Assembly (NCBI GenBank): GCA_038087875.1
Contig: JAXLNO010000161.1
Span: 1 to 64,000, forward strand
Length of the DNA: 64,000 nt
Source: Malacoraja senta
Taxonomy: Eukaryota
Reading direction: 5' to 3'
The position numbers and the translations under genes are program-made. The notes under the pieces are model-generated. The model made no database searches. It worked only from the letters and a program-made list of their open reading frames with translations, and had not been told where the DNA came from. Below are positions 12,430-25,040 of this stretch, piece after piece; the stretch's first letter is position 1, and each line of letters opens with the position of its first letter.

Positions 12430-15144
12430 TGCTCCTCCCTGGTTCCAGCATGATGACAGATTGGGTGCAGTTAGTGCTGGAACGTGTTTAAACTGTTATC
12501 ATTAAACGTTAAGTAAAGCTACAAGTGAGTCAGACTTAACTTCTTTATATGGTGTCAGAAGTGGTATGCCATTCGGAATTAACTCTGCCAGCGAGGTGTT
12601 TCAGCGACCCATGGAACAGCTGTTCGCTGGCATGCCGTGCGCCATCACCGTGGATGACATCCTAGTCTACGGGGAGAATGCCGCCGAACATGACAAGAAC
12701 CTCCGCCGAGTCCTGGACCGGGCCCGGCAGATCAATTTAAAACTGAACGGAAAAAAATGCCGATTCCGCGTCTCCGAAGTGCCATACGTCGGGCACATCT
12801 TCACTTCTAAGGGACTGAAGCCTGACCCGCAAAAGACTATTGCAATCTACGAGATGCCAGCCCCAACCGACGTCCTTAGTCTGCAATGATTCCTGGGCAT
12901 GGTCAACTACCTCGGGAAGTTTATACCGAATCTCAGTGAGCTGAGCTCATCCCTGAGGCAGCTAACTAAAAAAGACACTGCCTGGTCCTGGTTCCCACAA
13001 CACCAGCAGGCTTTCGAATGTCTGAAGTCTAAGCTGACCAGCACCCCGACACTCAAATTCTTCGACCTGCGCCGTCCCATTGTTGTTACCTGTGATGCCT
13101 TTCGTTTCGGACTTCGTGCTGCTTGCCTGCAGCTCTACAACGACGGCTCGCTACTACCGGTCTCGTATGCCTCGCGGACAATGACCGACACGGAGCAACG
13201 GAATGCTCAGATCGAGAAGGAGCTCCTGGCTGTGGTGTTTGCTTGTTCAAAATTCAAAGACTTCCTCTTCGGCTGCAGATTCACAGTCGAAACCGACCAC
13301 CAGCCACTGGTGACTATTCTTGACAAGCCCATACATGTTGCCCCTGCCAGACTACAGCGCATGATGCTGCAACTCCAGCGTTTTGATTTCGAAATCGTAT
13401 ACAAGGAGGGCACGGAGATGCATGTGGCTGATACACTTTCTCGTGCCCCACGGGCATCCTGTGACCGTCACCCCTACGAGCAGGAAGACCTTTTGGTACT
13501 GAACATCAACTTTGTCCCTACCAAGCAGCTGCAGTGCCTGATCGAGCACACCGCCGCTGACCCTGCTTTGCAGCAGCTGGCAGCCATCATCAAGCGTGGG
13601 TGGCCCGACAGACGCACCACTTTGCCATCGGGTGCCCAACCGTTCTTCCTGGTCCGCGATGAGCTGGTGATCCAGGATGGGGTTATCGTCAAAGGCCACA
13701 AGGTCGCGGTCCCAGCCTCTCTGTACGATCTATACTACAACGCAGCCCACAGCGGTCATCCTGGGGTCGAGGCCACTGTTTCTCATGCCCAGGAACAATT
13801 CTACGGGCCTGGCATGGCCAAATACATCAGGAACCGAGTGTCCTTTTGTTCCCCCTGCAACAACCTCGCCCCACACCAGCAGCGTCAGCCTCTTTTGCAG
13901 CAGCCGGCGCCCACCATGCCCTGGAGATCGCTGGCTGCCGACATTTTCGAATGGCGGGGCAAGCAGTTTCTCGTCCTGGTGGACTCATACTCCAACTGGT
14001 TCGAGGTGGACCTCCTTCCTTCCATCAACTCCGGGACGGTCATCACCAAACTGCGTGAGCACTTCGCCACCTTCGGTGCCCCTGTCCGCTTGCAGACCGA
14101 CAATGGCCGGCAATTTACAAGTGCAGAGTTCAAAGCTTTCGCTGCCAGGGGGAACTTCCATCACTACACCAGCAGCCCTGAGTACCCTCAGAGTAACGGC
14201 CTGGCCGAACGGGCCGTGCGGCGTGCTAAGGGTCTGATGGAGCAGTCCCGCCTGTCTAACTGCGATTTCTACCTGGGCTTACTCCACCTACGTCACATCT
14301 CCCGGGACCCGACCATGGGTTCCCCTGCCCAGCGTCTGATGTCAAGGATGACAAGACCACCTACGCCAATCGCCCAGCAGTCCCTGATACCCAAAGTGCT
14401 CAATCCTTCCACTGTCCAACAGCGGATCGAACAGAAGCATGAGTTTCAACGACGTTCCCACGACAGGTCCTGCCGACCTCTGCTGCCTCTACTACCTGGG
14501 CAGGTCGTTCGGATGCGGACCACCACCGGCTATTTCCCGCCTCGCGACCGTGGTTGGTGTGGGCGGCTCTCCAAGATCCTACCTGGTGGATTACGTGGGG
14601 ACTGTCTATCGGCGGAGCCGTCAACACATGTTGGCTGTGAACGAGCCGAAGCCTCCACCTGCGGCTCCTTATGCTCCTCCGTTGCGGTTCCTACCTGCTG
14701 CTGCCGATCACCCTGCTGCTCCCTGCATGCCCCAGTCCCCTCGCTTATTGCGGTCTCCTCCTCCATTGCCGCCAGGTTTTGGCCGGGTTCCTTCACCTCC
14801 TGCACGTCCTCCCCCTCCTGTCTCTCCAGCTCCGACTGCATCTCCTCCTCCCTTAACATTCTTGACTGACTCCGCTACGCCTTCCCTTCTTTCCGATGGG
14901 GGGGGGGGGGGGAAGGCGCTGTACGCACGCGTTCGGGTCGCATTGTTAAGCCGCCTGTCCGCTACGGTGACTTTGTTTAAACTCGCATGTTTAGTGTAAT
15001 GGCACCACCCCAATCGCCTCCAATTGTATTTGATTTCTAAGCATGATGACAGACTGGGTGCAGTTAGTGCTGGAACGTGTTTAACCTGTGTTATCATTAA
15101 ACGTTAAGTAAAGCTACAAGTGAGTCAGACTTAACTTCTTTACA
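12325..15144 (+). mobile_element. Internally deleted Ty3/gypsy element (copy A): 5' LTR 12325-12549, tRNA-Leu PBS, partial RT-RNase H-integrase, 5'-truncated 3' LTR 15040-15144
   Basis: LTR starts TGTAGATGG; PBS TGGTGTCAGAAGTGG at 12550; MPFGINSASEVFQ, VDDIL, AQIEKELLA, HHCC and DDE motifs; stop at 12887-12889; gag, protease and PPT missing relative to 26596-31190. Confidence 0.95.
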
Positions 15145-15392
15145 GGAACTGCTGCTGCTGCTGGGTGGGGGGAACCGCTGGTGTTACAGGAGCTGCTGCT
15201 GCCGCTGCTGGGGGAACCGCTACTGCTGCTATTTTGCTGGTGTTGCCGCAACTGCTGGAGCTGGTGTCGCTGCTTTGGGAGGGGCTGCTGGTGCAGGAGG
15301 GGCTGCTGGTGCTGCGGGGACTGCTGCTGGTGTTGCTGCCGCAGGGGTGCGGGGACAGAGACACAGACAGACAGACAGACAGACGGGGAGAG

Positions 15393-18119
15393 ATGAGCTC
15401 GCTGCTGCTGCTGGCCGCCGGCCCACCGCCCCTTCCCCTGTCCTTGTCCCTGCTGGAGTCCGGGGAGGACAGGGTGGGTGTGGGGGGGACGAGGCTGATG
15501 ATGATGGAAGAGGAGGAGGAGGACGGGGTGATGGGGGGGGTCGCCGGCCTGGGTCTGGGTCTGGGCTCCAACATCGGGGTCCTCAAGGCGCTCAACCTGC
15601 GCTTCCGCTGGTTCCTAGCCCGGGTTCACCAGCTGGAGAGACGGAAACGGCAGCTGGAACAGCGGCTGAAGCGGGGCCGGGGACAGGGGGGGTGGGGACA
15701 GGATACAAGGGTTCAGGGACAAGATACAGGGGGTACAGGGTCCCACAGGCAGGATACAGGGGGTACAGGGATTCGGGGGCAAGATAGAGGGGTCCAGGGG
15801 GAGTGGCGGCAGGATAGAGGGGGTACGGGGTCCCAGAGAAAAGATACAGGGGGTACAGGGTCCCACAGACAAAATACAGGGGTTCAGGGGCAAGATAGAC
15901 GGTTCCAGGGGGAATGGGGGCAGGATAGAGGGGGTACGGGATCCCAGAGGCATGACAAGAACCTCCGCCGAGTCCTGGACCGGGCCCGGCAGATCAATTT
16001 AAAACTGAACGAAAAAAAATGCCGCTTCCGCGTCTCCGAAGTGCCATACGTCGGGCACATCTTCACTTCTAAGGGACTGAAGCCTGACCTGCAAAAGACT
16101 GTTGCAATCTACGAGATGCCAGCCCCAACCGACGTCCTTAGTCTGCAACGATTCCTGGGCATGGTCAACTACCTCGGGAAGTTAAAACCGAATCTCAGTG
16201 AGTTGAGCTCATCCCTGAGGCAGCTAACTAAAAAAGACACTGCCTGGTCCTGGTTCCCACAACACCAGCAGGCTTTCGAATGTCTGAAGTCTAAGGTGAC
16301 CAGCACCCCGACACTCAAATTCTTCGACCTGCGCCGTCCCATTGTTGTTACCTGTGATGCCTCTCGTTTCGGACTTCGTGCTGCTTGCCTGCAGCTCTAC
16401 AACGACGGCTCGCTACTACCGGTCTCGTATGCCTCGCGGACAATGACCGACACGGAGCAACGGTATGCTCAGATCGAGAAGGAGCTCCTGGCTGTGGTGT
16501 TTGCTTGTTCAAAATTCAAAGACTTCCTCTTCGGCTGCAGATTCACAGTCGAAACCGACCACCAGCCACTGGTGACTATTCTTGACAAGCCCATACATGT
16601 TGCCCCTGCCAGACTACAGCGCATGATGCTGCAACTCCAGCGTTTTGATTTCGAAATCGTATACAAGAAGGGCACGGAGATGCATGTGGCTGATACACTT
16701 TCTCGTGCCCCACGGGCATCCTGTGACCGCCACCCTTACGAGCAGGAAGACCTTTTGGTACTGAACATCAACTTTGTCCCAACCAAGCAGCTGCAGTGCC
16801 TGATCGAGCACACCGCCGCTGACCCTGCTTTGCAGCAGCTGGCAGCCATCATCAAGCGTCGGTGGCCCGACAGACGCACCACTTTGCCATCGGGTGCCCA
16901 ACCGTTCTTCCTGGTCCGCGATGAGCTGGTGATCCAGGATGGGGTTATCGTCAAAGGCCACAAGGTCGTGGTCCCAGCCTCTCTGTATGATCTATACTAC
17001 AACGCAGCCCACAGCGGTCATCCTGGGGTCGAGGCCACTGTTTCTCGTGCCCAGGGACAATTCTACGGGCCTGGCATGGCCAAATACATCAGGAACCGAG
17101 TGTCCTCTTGTTCCTCCTGCAACAACCTCGCCCCACACCAGCAGCGTCAGCCTCTTTTGCAGCAGCCGGCGCCCACCATGCCCTGGAGATCGCTGGCTGC
17201 CGACATTTTCGAATGGCGGGGCAAGCAGTTTCTCCTCCTGGTGGACTCATACTCCAACTGGTTCGAGGTGGACCTCCTTCCTTCCATCAACTCCGGGACG
17301 GTCATCACCAAACTGCCTGAGCACTTCGCCACCTTCGGTGCCCCTGTCCGCTTGCAGACCGACAATGGCTGGCAATTTACAAGTGCCGAGTTCAAAGCTT
17401 TCGCTGACAGGTGGAACTTCCATCACTACACCAGCAGCCCTGAGTACCCTCAGAGTAACGGCCTGGCCGAACGGGCCGTGCAGCATGCTAAGGGTCTGAT
17501 GGATCAGTCCCGCCTGTCTAACTGCGATTTCTACCTGGGCTTACTCAACCTACGTAACATCTCCCGGGACCCGACCATGGGTTCCCCTGCCCAGCGTCTG
17601 ATGTCAAGGATGACAAGACCAACTATGCCAATCGCCCAGCAGTCCCTGATACCCAAAGTGCTCAATCCTGCCACTGTCCAACAGCGGATCGAACAGAAGC
17701 ATGAGGTTCAACGACGTTCCCACGACGGGTCCTGCCGACCTCTGCTGCCTCTACTACCTGGGCAGGTCGTTCGGATGCGGACCACCCCCGACCACCACCG
17801 TGGTTGGTGTGGACGACTCTCCAAGATCCTACCTGGTGGATTACGATGGGACTGTCTATCGGCGGAGCCGTCAACACATGTTGGCTGTGAACGAGCCGAA
17901 TCCTCCACCTGCGGCTCCTTATGCTCCTCCGTTGCGGTTCCTACCTGCTGCTGCCGATCACCCTGCTGCTCCCTGCATGCCCCAGTCCCCTCGCTTACTG
18001 CGGTCTCCTCCTCCGTTGCCGCCAGGTTTTGGCCAGGTTCCTTCACCTCCTGCACGTCCTCCCCCTCCTGTCTCTCCAGCTCCGACTGCATCTCCTCCTC
18101 CCTTAACATTCTTGACTGA
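15393..18119 (+). CDS. Chimeric ORF (908 aa from ATG): IFFO1-like N-terminus/coil 1A + QDTGGTGS repeats fused to gypsy RT thumb, RNase H and integrase
   Basis: Single open frame in the ORF track. LGSNIGVLKALNLRFRWFLARVHQLERRKRQLE resembles IFFO1 coil 1A. Junction at 15950/15951 into HDKNLRRVLDR. No evidence of expression. Confidence 0.6.
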   Translation: MSSLLLLAAGPPPLPLSLSLLESGEDRVGVGGTRLMMMEEEEEDGVMGGVAGLGLGLGSNIGVLKALNLRFRWFLARVHQLERRKRQLEQRLKRGRGQGGWGQDTRVQGQDTGGTGSHRQDTGGTGIRGQDRGVQGEWRQDRGGTGSQRKDTGGTGSHRQNTGVQGQDRRFQGEWGQDRGGTGSQRHDKNLRRVLDRARQINLKLNEKKCRFRVSEVPYVGHIFTSKGLKPDLQKTVAIYEMPAPTDVLSLQRFLGMVNYLGKLKPNLSELSSSLRQLTKKDTAWSWFPQHQQAFECLKSKVTSTPTLKFFDLRRPIVVTCDASRFGLRAACLQLYNDGSLLPVSYASRTMTDTEQRYAQIEKELLAVVFACSKFKDFLFGCRFTVETDHQPLVTILDKPIHVAPARLQRMMLQLQRFDFEIVYKKGTEMHVADTLSRAPRASCDRHPYEQEDLLVLNINFVPTKQLQCLIEHTAADPALQQLAAIIKRRWPDRRTTLPSGAQPFFLVRDELVIQDGVIVKGHKVVVPASLYDLYYNAAHSGHPGVEATVSRAQGQFYGPGMAKYIRNRVSSCSSCNNLAPHQQRQPLLQQPAPTMPWRSLAADIFEWRGKQFLLLVDSYSNWFEVDLLPSINSGTVITKLPEHFATFGAPVRLQTDNGWQFTSAEFKAFADRWNFHHYTSSPEYPQSNGLAERAVQHAKGLMDQSRLSNCDFYLGLLNLRNISRDPTMGSPAQRLMSRMTRPTMPIAQQSLIPKVLNPATVQQRIEQKHEVQRRSHDGSCRPLLPLLPGQVVRMRTTPDHHRGWCGRLSKILPGGLRWDCLSAEPSTHVGCERAESSTCGSLCSSVAVPTCCCRSPCCSLHAPVPSLTAVSSSVAARFWPGSFTSCTSSPSCLSSSDCISSSLNILD

Positions 18120-18393
18120 CTCCGCTACGCCTTCCCTTCTTTCCGATGGGGGGGGGGGGGGAAGGCGCTGTACGCACGTGTTCGGGTCGCATTGTTAAGC
18201 CGCCTGTCCGCTACGGTGACTTTGTTTAAACTCGCATGTTTAGTGTAATGGCACCACCCCAATCGCCTCCAATTGTATTTGATTTCTAAGCATGATGACA
18301 GACTGGGTGCAGTTAGTGCTGGAACGTGTTTAACCTGTGTTATCATTAAACGTTAAGTAAAGCTACAAGTGAGTCAGACTGAAGTTCTTTACA
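15951..18393 (+). mobile_element. Duplicated gypsy pol plus truncated 3' LTR (copy B; LTR remnant 18289-18393)
   Basis: Near-identical to 12689-15144, including the same PPT/U3 deletion junction TTTCTAAG|CATGATGAC. Confidence 0.95.
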
Positions 18394-18641
18394 GGAACTG
18401 CTGCTGCTGCTGGGTGGGGGGAACCGCTGGTGTTACAGGAGCTGCTGCTGCCGCTGCTGGGGGAACCGCTACTGCTGCTATTTTGCTGGTGTTGCCGCAA
18501 CTTCTGGAGCTGGTGTCGCTGCTTTGGGAGGGGCTGCTGGTGCAGGAGGGGCTGCTGGTGCTGGGGGGACTGCTGCTGGTGTTGCTGCCGCAGGGGTGCG
18601 GGGACAGAGACACAGACAGACAGACAGACAGACGGGGAGAG

Positions 18642-20100
<1,459 letters not shown>

Positions 20101-20936
20101 TAACTGCAGGGGGAGGCCATTCGGCCCTTCCAGTCGTGGAGAGGAGATGTGAGGGGTAGGAGAAGGGAGATGATGGTAGTAGGAGAGGGGAGAGGAGAGA
20201 GGAGAGGGGAGGGGGCGAGGGTAAGAGAGGAGGGGGTTAGGAGAGGGGAGGGAGAGGCGGTAGGAGAAGTGAGGGGAGGGAGAGGAGGGGGAGGGAGGGG
20301 GGTAAGAGGAGAGGAAAGGGTAGGGGTGAGAGGGGAGGGGTAGGAGAGGGGAGGGGGGTAGGATAAGAGAGGAGGGGATAGAGGAGAGGGGAGGGGGTAG
20401 GGTAAGAGAGGAGGGGCTTAGGAGAGGGGAGGAAGAGGAGGTAGGAGAAGTGAGGGTAGGGAGGTGGGATAAGTGCAGGGGGAGGCAATTCGGCCCTTCC
20501 AGCTGGGGAGAGAAGATGTGAGGACAGAGGGAGGGTGTAGAGGGAAATGGGAGGGGAGGTAGGAGAGAGGGGGAGAGGGGAGTGGGGGAGGGGAGAGGGG
20601 AGGGGCAGAGGGGAGGGGGTAGGGGAGGGGAGGAGTGGGGGTGGGAGGGGGAGGTGGATGGATGAGGGGGTTACGGGAGGGGTGGAGAAGTGCGGGTAGG
20701 AGAGGGAGGGAGAATGGTGTGGGAGTGGGAGGGAGGGAGAGGAATGGGGAAGGGAGAGGTATGGGGGTAGGGATGGAATGGGAGAAGCCCGGAAGATAAG
20801 TGCAGGAGGAGGCCACTCGGCCCTTCTAGCTGGGGGAGAGAGGGCCAGGGAGGGAGGGGGGAGGTGAGGAGGGAGGAAGAGAGGGGAGGGAGCAGAGGGT
20901 CAGTCAGCGGATTGAGGGAGTGTATCTGTCTTGCAG

Positions 20937-20997
20937 GTGGGAGCATGAATGCCGACTGAGAACGGAACTACAGGAGAGGGTGACTGTACTAGAAGAG
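20937..20997 (+). CDS. IFFO1: IFFO1-like gene exon 2 (61 bp)
   Basis: TCTGTCTTGCAG|G acceptor and GAG|GTAAAC donor; WEHECRLRTELQERVTVLEE resembles IFFO1 WEEEYTVRIQLQDRVNELQE; phase matches exon 1; 61 bp is the classic intermediate-filament exon-2 size. Confidence 0.85.
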
Positions 20998-21410
20998 GTA
21001 AACCCCCCCCCTCTCTCTTCCCCCTCCCTCTTCCCCCACTCCCCCCCCCTCTCTCTCTTCCCTCCCACTCCCTCCCCCTCTCTCCCCCCCTCCCCCTCTC
21101 TCCCCCCCTCCCTTTAAGGTGAAGGAGGAAAGATTGAATAGGAACCTGAGGGGCAACTTTTCCACACAGAGGATGGTGGGTGTATGGAACAAGCTGCCGG
21201 AGGAGTGAAGTGTAAAGAGGGTGGGAAGGATGTGGGGGGGATAGGGGCGTGGTGATGGGCCGAAGGGACCTGCTGTCTCTACGAGAGTCCGCGCCGGCCA
21301 GCGATCGCCCGTTACACACACTAGTTTAGTTCAGAGATACAACCCGGAAACAGGCCCTTCGGCCCCACCCGAGTCCGCGCCGTACATAGAAACATAGAGA
21401 GAGTTGGATT

Positions 21411-21610
21411 NNNNNNNNNNNNNNNNNNNNNNNNNNNNNNNNNNNNNNNNNNNNNNNNNNNNNNNNNNNNNNNNNNNNNNNNNNNNNNNNNNNNNNNNNN
21501 NNNNNNNNNNNNNNNNNNNNNNNNNNNNNNNNNNNNNNNNNNNNNNNNNNNNNNNNNNNNNNNNNNNNNNNNNNNNNNNNNNNNNNNNNNNNNNNNNNNN
21601 NNNNNNNNNN
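21411..21610. other. Assembly gap (200 N)
   Basis: Run of N. Confidence 1.
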
Positions 21611-22189
21611 ATTGTCATGGATTTACAGGCCAAATGGAAGGAATTGAATGTTTAATACCTGTAAATTAATGGACATTTAAATCATTTTGCGAGTGAGATT
21701 TTCTGGAACGCGATCATTTGGAACGTTGATTTGCGGTGAATTTAACCCCGTATCGGCATGAAAAATTCTGCCGTTAGTTCGGGAAAAGAATCACCGTTTT
21801 GCATTAAAAAATATGAATTAAAGGCTTCTTAAGAAGCACTTTTATACATTAAAATAAACTACTTTTGTTTACCTGTCCCGTGTGTGAAATCCGTCCACGT
21901 TGTCGGCGTTGACAGCTTTCGAAGCTGATTTTAAAATAACTCCAGCGCTGACATTGTCGATTTAATAAAAATAAAAAATACACAAAACGCCCGTAGGAAC
22001 GATTTTTCACCAAACGCTTGTACTCCAACGAAATATAATGCAGGACAAGGAAGGAGAAACCCACGTTTTAACCCCGCCCCCCCCCCTTAAAGGCGCCAAA
22101 ATTGCGCACACGGCCAGTGGCAGAATTGCAGCGCCGCTGAAGGTAAGTATTGTAATATACCTACTGTATGGCCAGAGGGGTGGATGTGG

Positions 22190-22413
22190 GCTGGACTCTG
22201 GACACTGGACACTGCAGGAGAACGGCAACAGGTGCTGGGAGCTGCACACTGGCTTCTCCGCCCGCTGGACACTGGCTTCTCTGGCTGCTGGACACTGGCT
22301 TCTCCGGTCGCTGGACACTGGCTTCTCCGGCCGCTGGACGCTGGCTTCTCTGGCTGCTGGACACTGGCTTCGCCGGCCGCTGGACACTGGCTACTCCGGC
22401 CGCTGGACACTGG
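22190..22413 (+). repeat. 23-bp minisatellite
   Basis: About 8 copies of GCTGGACACTGGCTTCTCCGGCC. Confidence 0.9.
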
Positions 22414-22427
22414 TCTCCCATCTCCAG

Positions 22428-23302
22428 GCTGTGGAAAGTCGGTCTCACAGATTCTGAAGTCGGGATCACGTCTCCACTCTCAGTACAAACCCCTCACTGA
22501 CGGAGCTCGAGCTGTCTCACAATTCCCTCACAGACCGATGTGTCCCCGCTCTCCGCCGCCTCGTACTGACCCTCCCGAGTCTGGAGTGTATCTGGCGAGT
22601 GTTTGTGTTAATGTTTAATGTGATGAAATATCTGGGGATCAATTCACGGGCTTCTTTCTCCTGTGATTTTGTTCAGTAGGTGTTGTTGAAATATTAACCC
22701 CAGTCCCTGTTACTGACACCGTTGTTTCATCTGTTTATTTCCTCTTTATTCCTCGACTTGTTTCAGGCTGAATGAGAATGGGTTCAGTCCGACCGGGAAT
22801 AAGGAACTGAGGTCGCTGCAGGAACCCAGACCCAGACTGAGAGTGGATCTGTGTACATCTTGGGGTGCGAACGTCACCGCCCTGGGGACCAGAATATTGT
22901 TGGCCGATTCCCCGCCCTCCCCTTTAAACGGCCGCCCTCCCCTTTAAACCCCAACTCTTCCCGGGCCGGCCGGGCTGTGATGTCAGAGGCGGCCCTGCCC
23001 GCTGTCACGTGACCCGGGTACGCGGCGCTGCTGCTGCTGATGCCGGATATCCGGTGCTGCCCCCAGTGGGGGACGGGGGAATTGCAGCGGGACCTGCAGG
23101 ATCCCGGAAGTGCCCTCATCAGCTCCTTCCTGCTGTGCATTGATGGTGACAACAGCAGCAACTTTGATCAAAGTGTTCATTCACACAGCAATGTCTGTTA
23201 CTGCTGTATCGTCTGTAAATCACATGTAAATAGATAATGACTGTAAATAACATTGAAAGTTAGTGGATGTGTAGATGACTAATATTTGCTGAACTCAATA
23301 AA
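22428..23302 (+). pseudogene. NLR (NACHT-LRR, NLRP3-like) remnant: penultimate LRR exon 22428-22594, terminal exon from 22767, AATAAA at 23297
   Basis: LWKVGLTDS/.../STLSTNPSLTELELSHNSLTDRCVPALRRLVLTLPSLECIW then LNENGFSPTGNKELRSLQEPRPRLRVDL: RI-like LRRs. Exon is 167 bp (168 minus a 1-bp deletion); donor is GCGAGT; expected stop reads TGT. Confidence 0.8.
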
Positions 23303-23845
23303 CACTTGTCAATTCCAGACTCCCTCCCGCTCGGATCATTGCCAATTTGATCAGAAATATGTGACCGTCCCAATCTCCCCAATATTTACTTCACTCCTTT
23401 CTACCCCTCTCCTCCCAAACCTTTCTCAGCTGCTTTATCTCTCAGTTTACACATATTCTCCCCCCATCGTTACCACGCTCCTGATCAACCATGTCTCCTC
23501 CATCATCCTGCTACCCCCCTGCTCCCCACTCCTCTTCACCTCCTACTCAGCCCCCCCTCCTCACGTCCTAGGTCTCATCCCCCCTCCTGCTCCGCCTTCC
23601 TCCCTCCCTCTCCCCCTCCCCTTCATTCCCTGTCTCTTTCCCCCCTCCCCACACTCTCCCCCTCCTTTCTATCCCGGATACTAGCATGGACAACAGGTTG
23701 GCAGGCAGGATGATAGAAGACAAACAGTGGCAACAAAGGGGGCTTTTCCGGGTTGCCAGCCAGTGACTAGTGGGGTTCTGAAGGGCTCGGTGCTGGTGCC
23801 GCTACTCTTCACGTTGTATATTCATGATTTGGACGAGGGGCTTGA

Positions 23846-25040
23846 CAATAGACAATAGACAATAGGTGCAGGAGTAGGCCATTTGGCCCTTTGAGCCAGC
23901 ACCGCCATTCAATGTGATCATGGCTGATCATCCCCAATCAGTACCCCGTTCCTGCCTTCTCCCCATATCCCCTGACTCCGCTATCTTTAAGAGCCCTATC
24001 CAGCTCTCTCTTGAAAGCATCCAGAGAACCTGCCTCTGATACAGAAAATTCCACAGACTCACCACTCTCTGTGAGAAAAAGTGTTTCCTCGTCTCCATTC
24101 TAAATGGCTTACTCCTTATTCTTAAACTGTGGCTCCTGCTTCTGGACTCCCCCAACATCGGGAACATGTTTCCTGCCTCTAGTGTGTCCAAGCCCTTCAC
24201 AATCTTATATGTTTTAATGAGATATCCTCTCATCCTTCTAAAGTCCAGAGTGTACAAGCCCAGATGCTCCATTCTCTCAGCATATGACAGTCCCGCCATC
24301 CTGGGAATTAACCTTGTAAACCTATGCTGCACTCCCTCAATAGCAAGAAACTGTACACAATACTCCAGGTGTGGTCTCACTGGGACTCTGTACAACTGCA
24401 GAAGGACCTCTTTGCTCCTATATTCGATTCCTCTTGTTATAAAGGCCAACATGCCATTCGCTTTCTTCACTACCTGCTGTACCTGCATGCTTACCTTTAT
24501 AGACTGATGTACAAAGACCCCCAGATCCCCAGATCCCCTTTTCCCAACTTGACACCATTTAGATAGTAATCTGCTTTCCTGCTTTTGCTAACAAAGTGGA
24601 TAACCTCACATTTATCCGCATTAAACTTCATCTGCCATGCATCTGCCCACTGCCCCAACCTGTCCAAGTCACCCTGCATTCTCATAGCATCCTCCTCACA
24701 GTTCACACTGTCACCCAGCTTTGTGTCATCTGCAAAATAGCTAATGTTACTTTGTTGTCCCTTCATCCAAATCATTGATGTATTTGTAAATACCTGCGGT
24801 CCCAGCACCGAGCCTTGCGGTACCCCACTAGTCACTGCCTGTCATTCTGAAAGGGACCCGTTAATCCCTACACTTTGTTTCCTGTCTGCAACCACTTCTC
24901 TATCCATGTCAGCACTCTACCCCCAATACTATGTGCCCTCATTTTGCCCACTAATCTCCTGTGTGGGACCTTATCAAATGCTTTCTGAAAGTCCAGGTAC
25001 ACTACATCCACTGGTTCTCCCTTGTCAATTTTCCTAGTTA
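23846..25040 (-). mobile_element. CR1 LINE nested in an older plus-strand CR1 (23690-23845, 25060-25335)
   Basis: SGVPQGSVLGP, FADDTKL, HLEYCVQF; (ACAATAG)n tail at 23846; the host RT resumes at 25060. Confidence 0.9.

Noticed and set aside
12550..12567. tRNA-Leu-like sequence
   Set aside because: Only the antisense 3' 18 nt (primer-binding site), not a tRNA gene; no intact tRNA or rRNA genes were recognised in the window.
14439..14999. Proline-rich ORF after integrase as a possible env or accessory gene
   Set aside because: It is the frameshifted integrase C-terminus, in frame with integrase in copy C (26805-27920).
15165..15392. Leu/Ala-rich, signal- or TM-like extension of the 984-aa ORF
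   Set aside because: Arises from CTG-rich low-complexity sequence with a GTG start; the IFFO-like ATG is at 15393.
21611..22165. Possible DNA-transposon arm (also 1180-1372 and 58760-59260)
   Set aside because: Only one candidate terminus or none, no TSD and no recognisable ORF; cannot be classified by eye.
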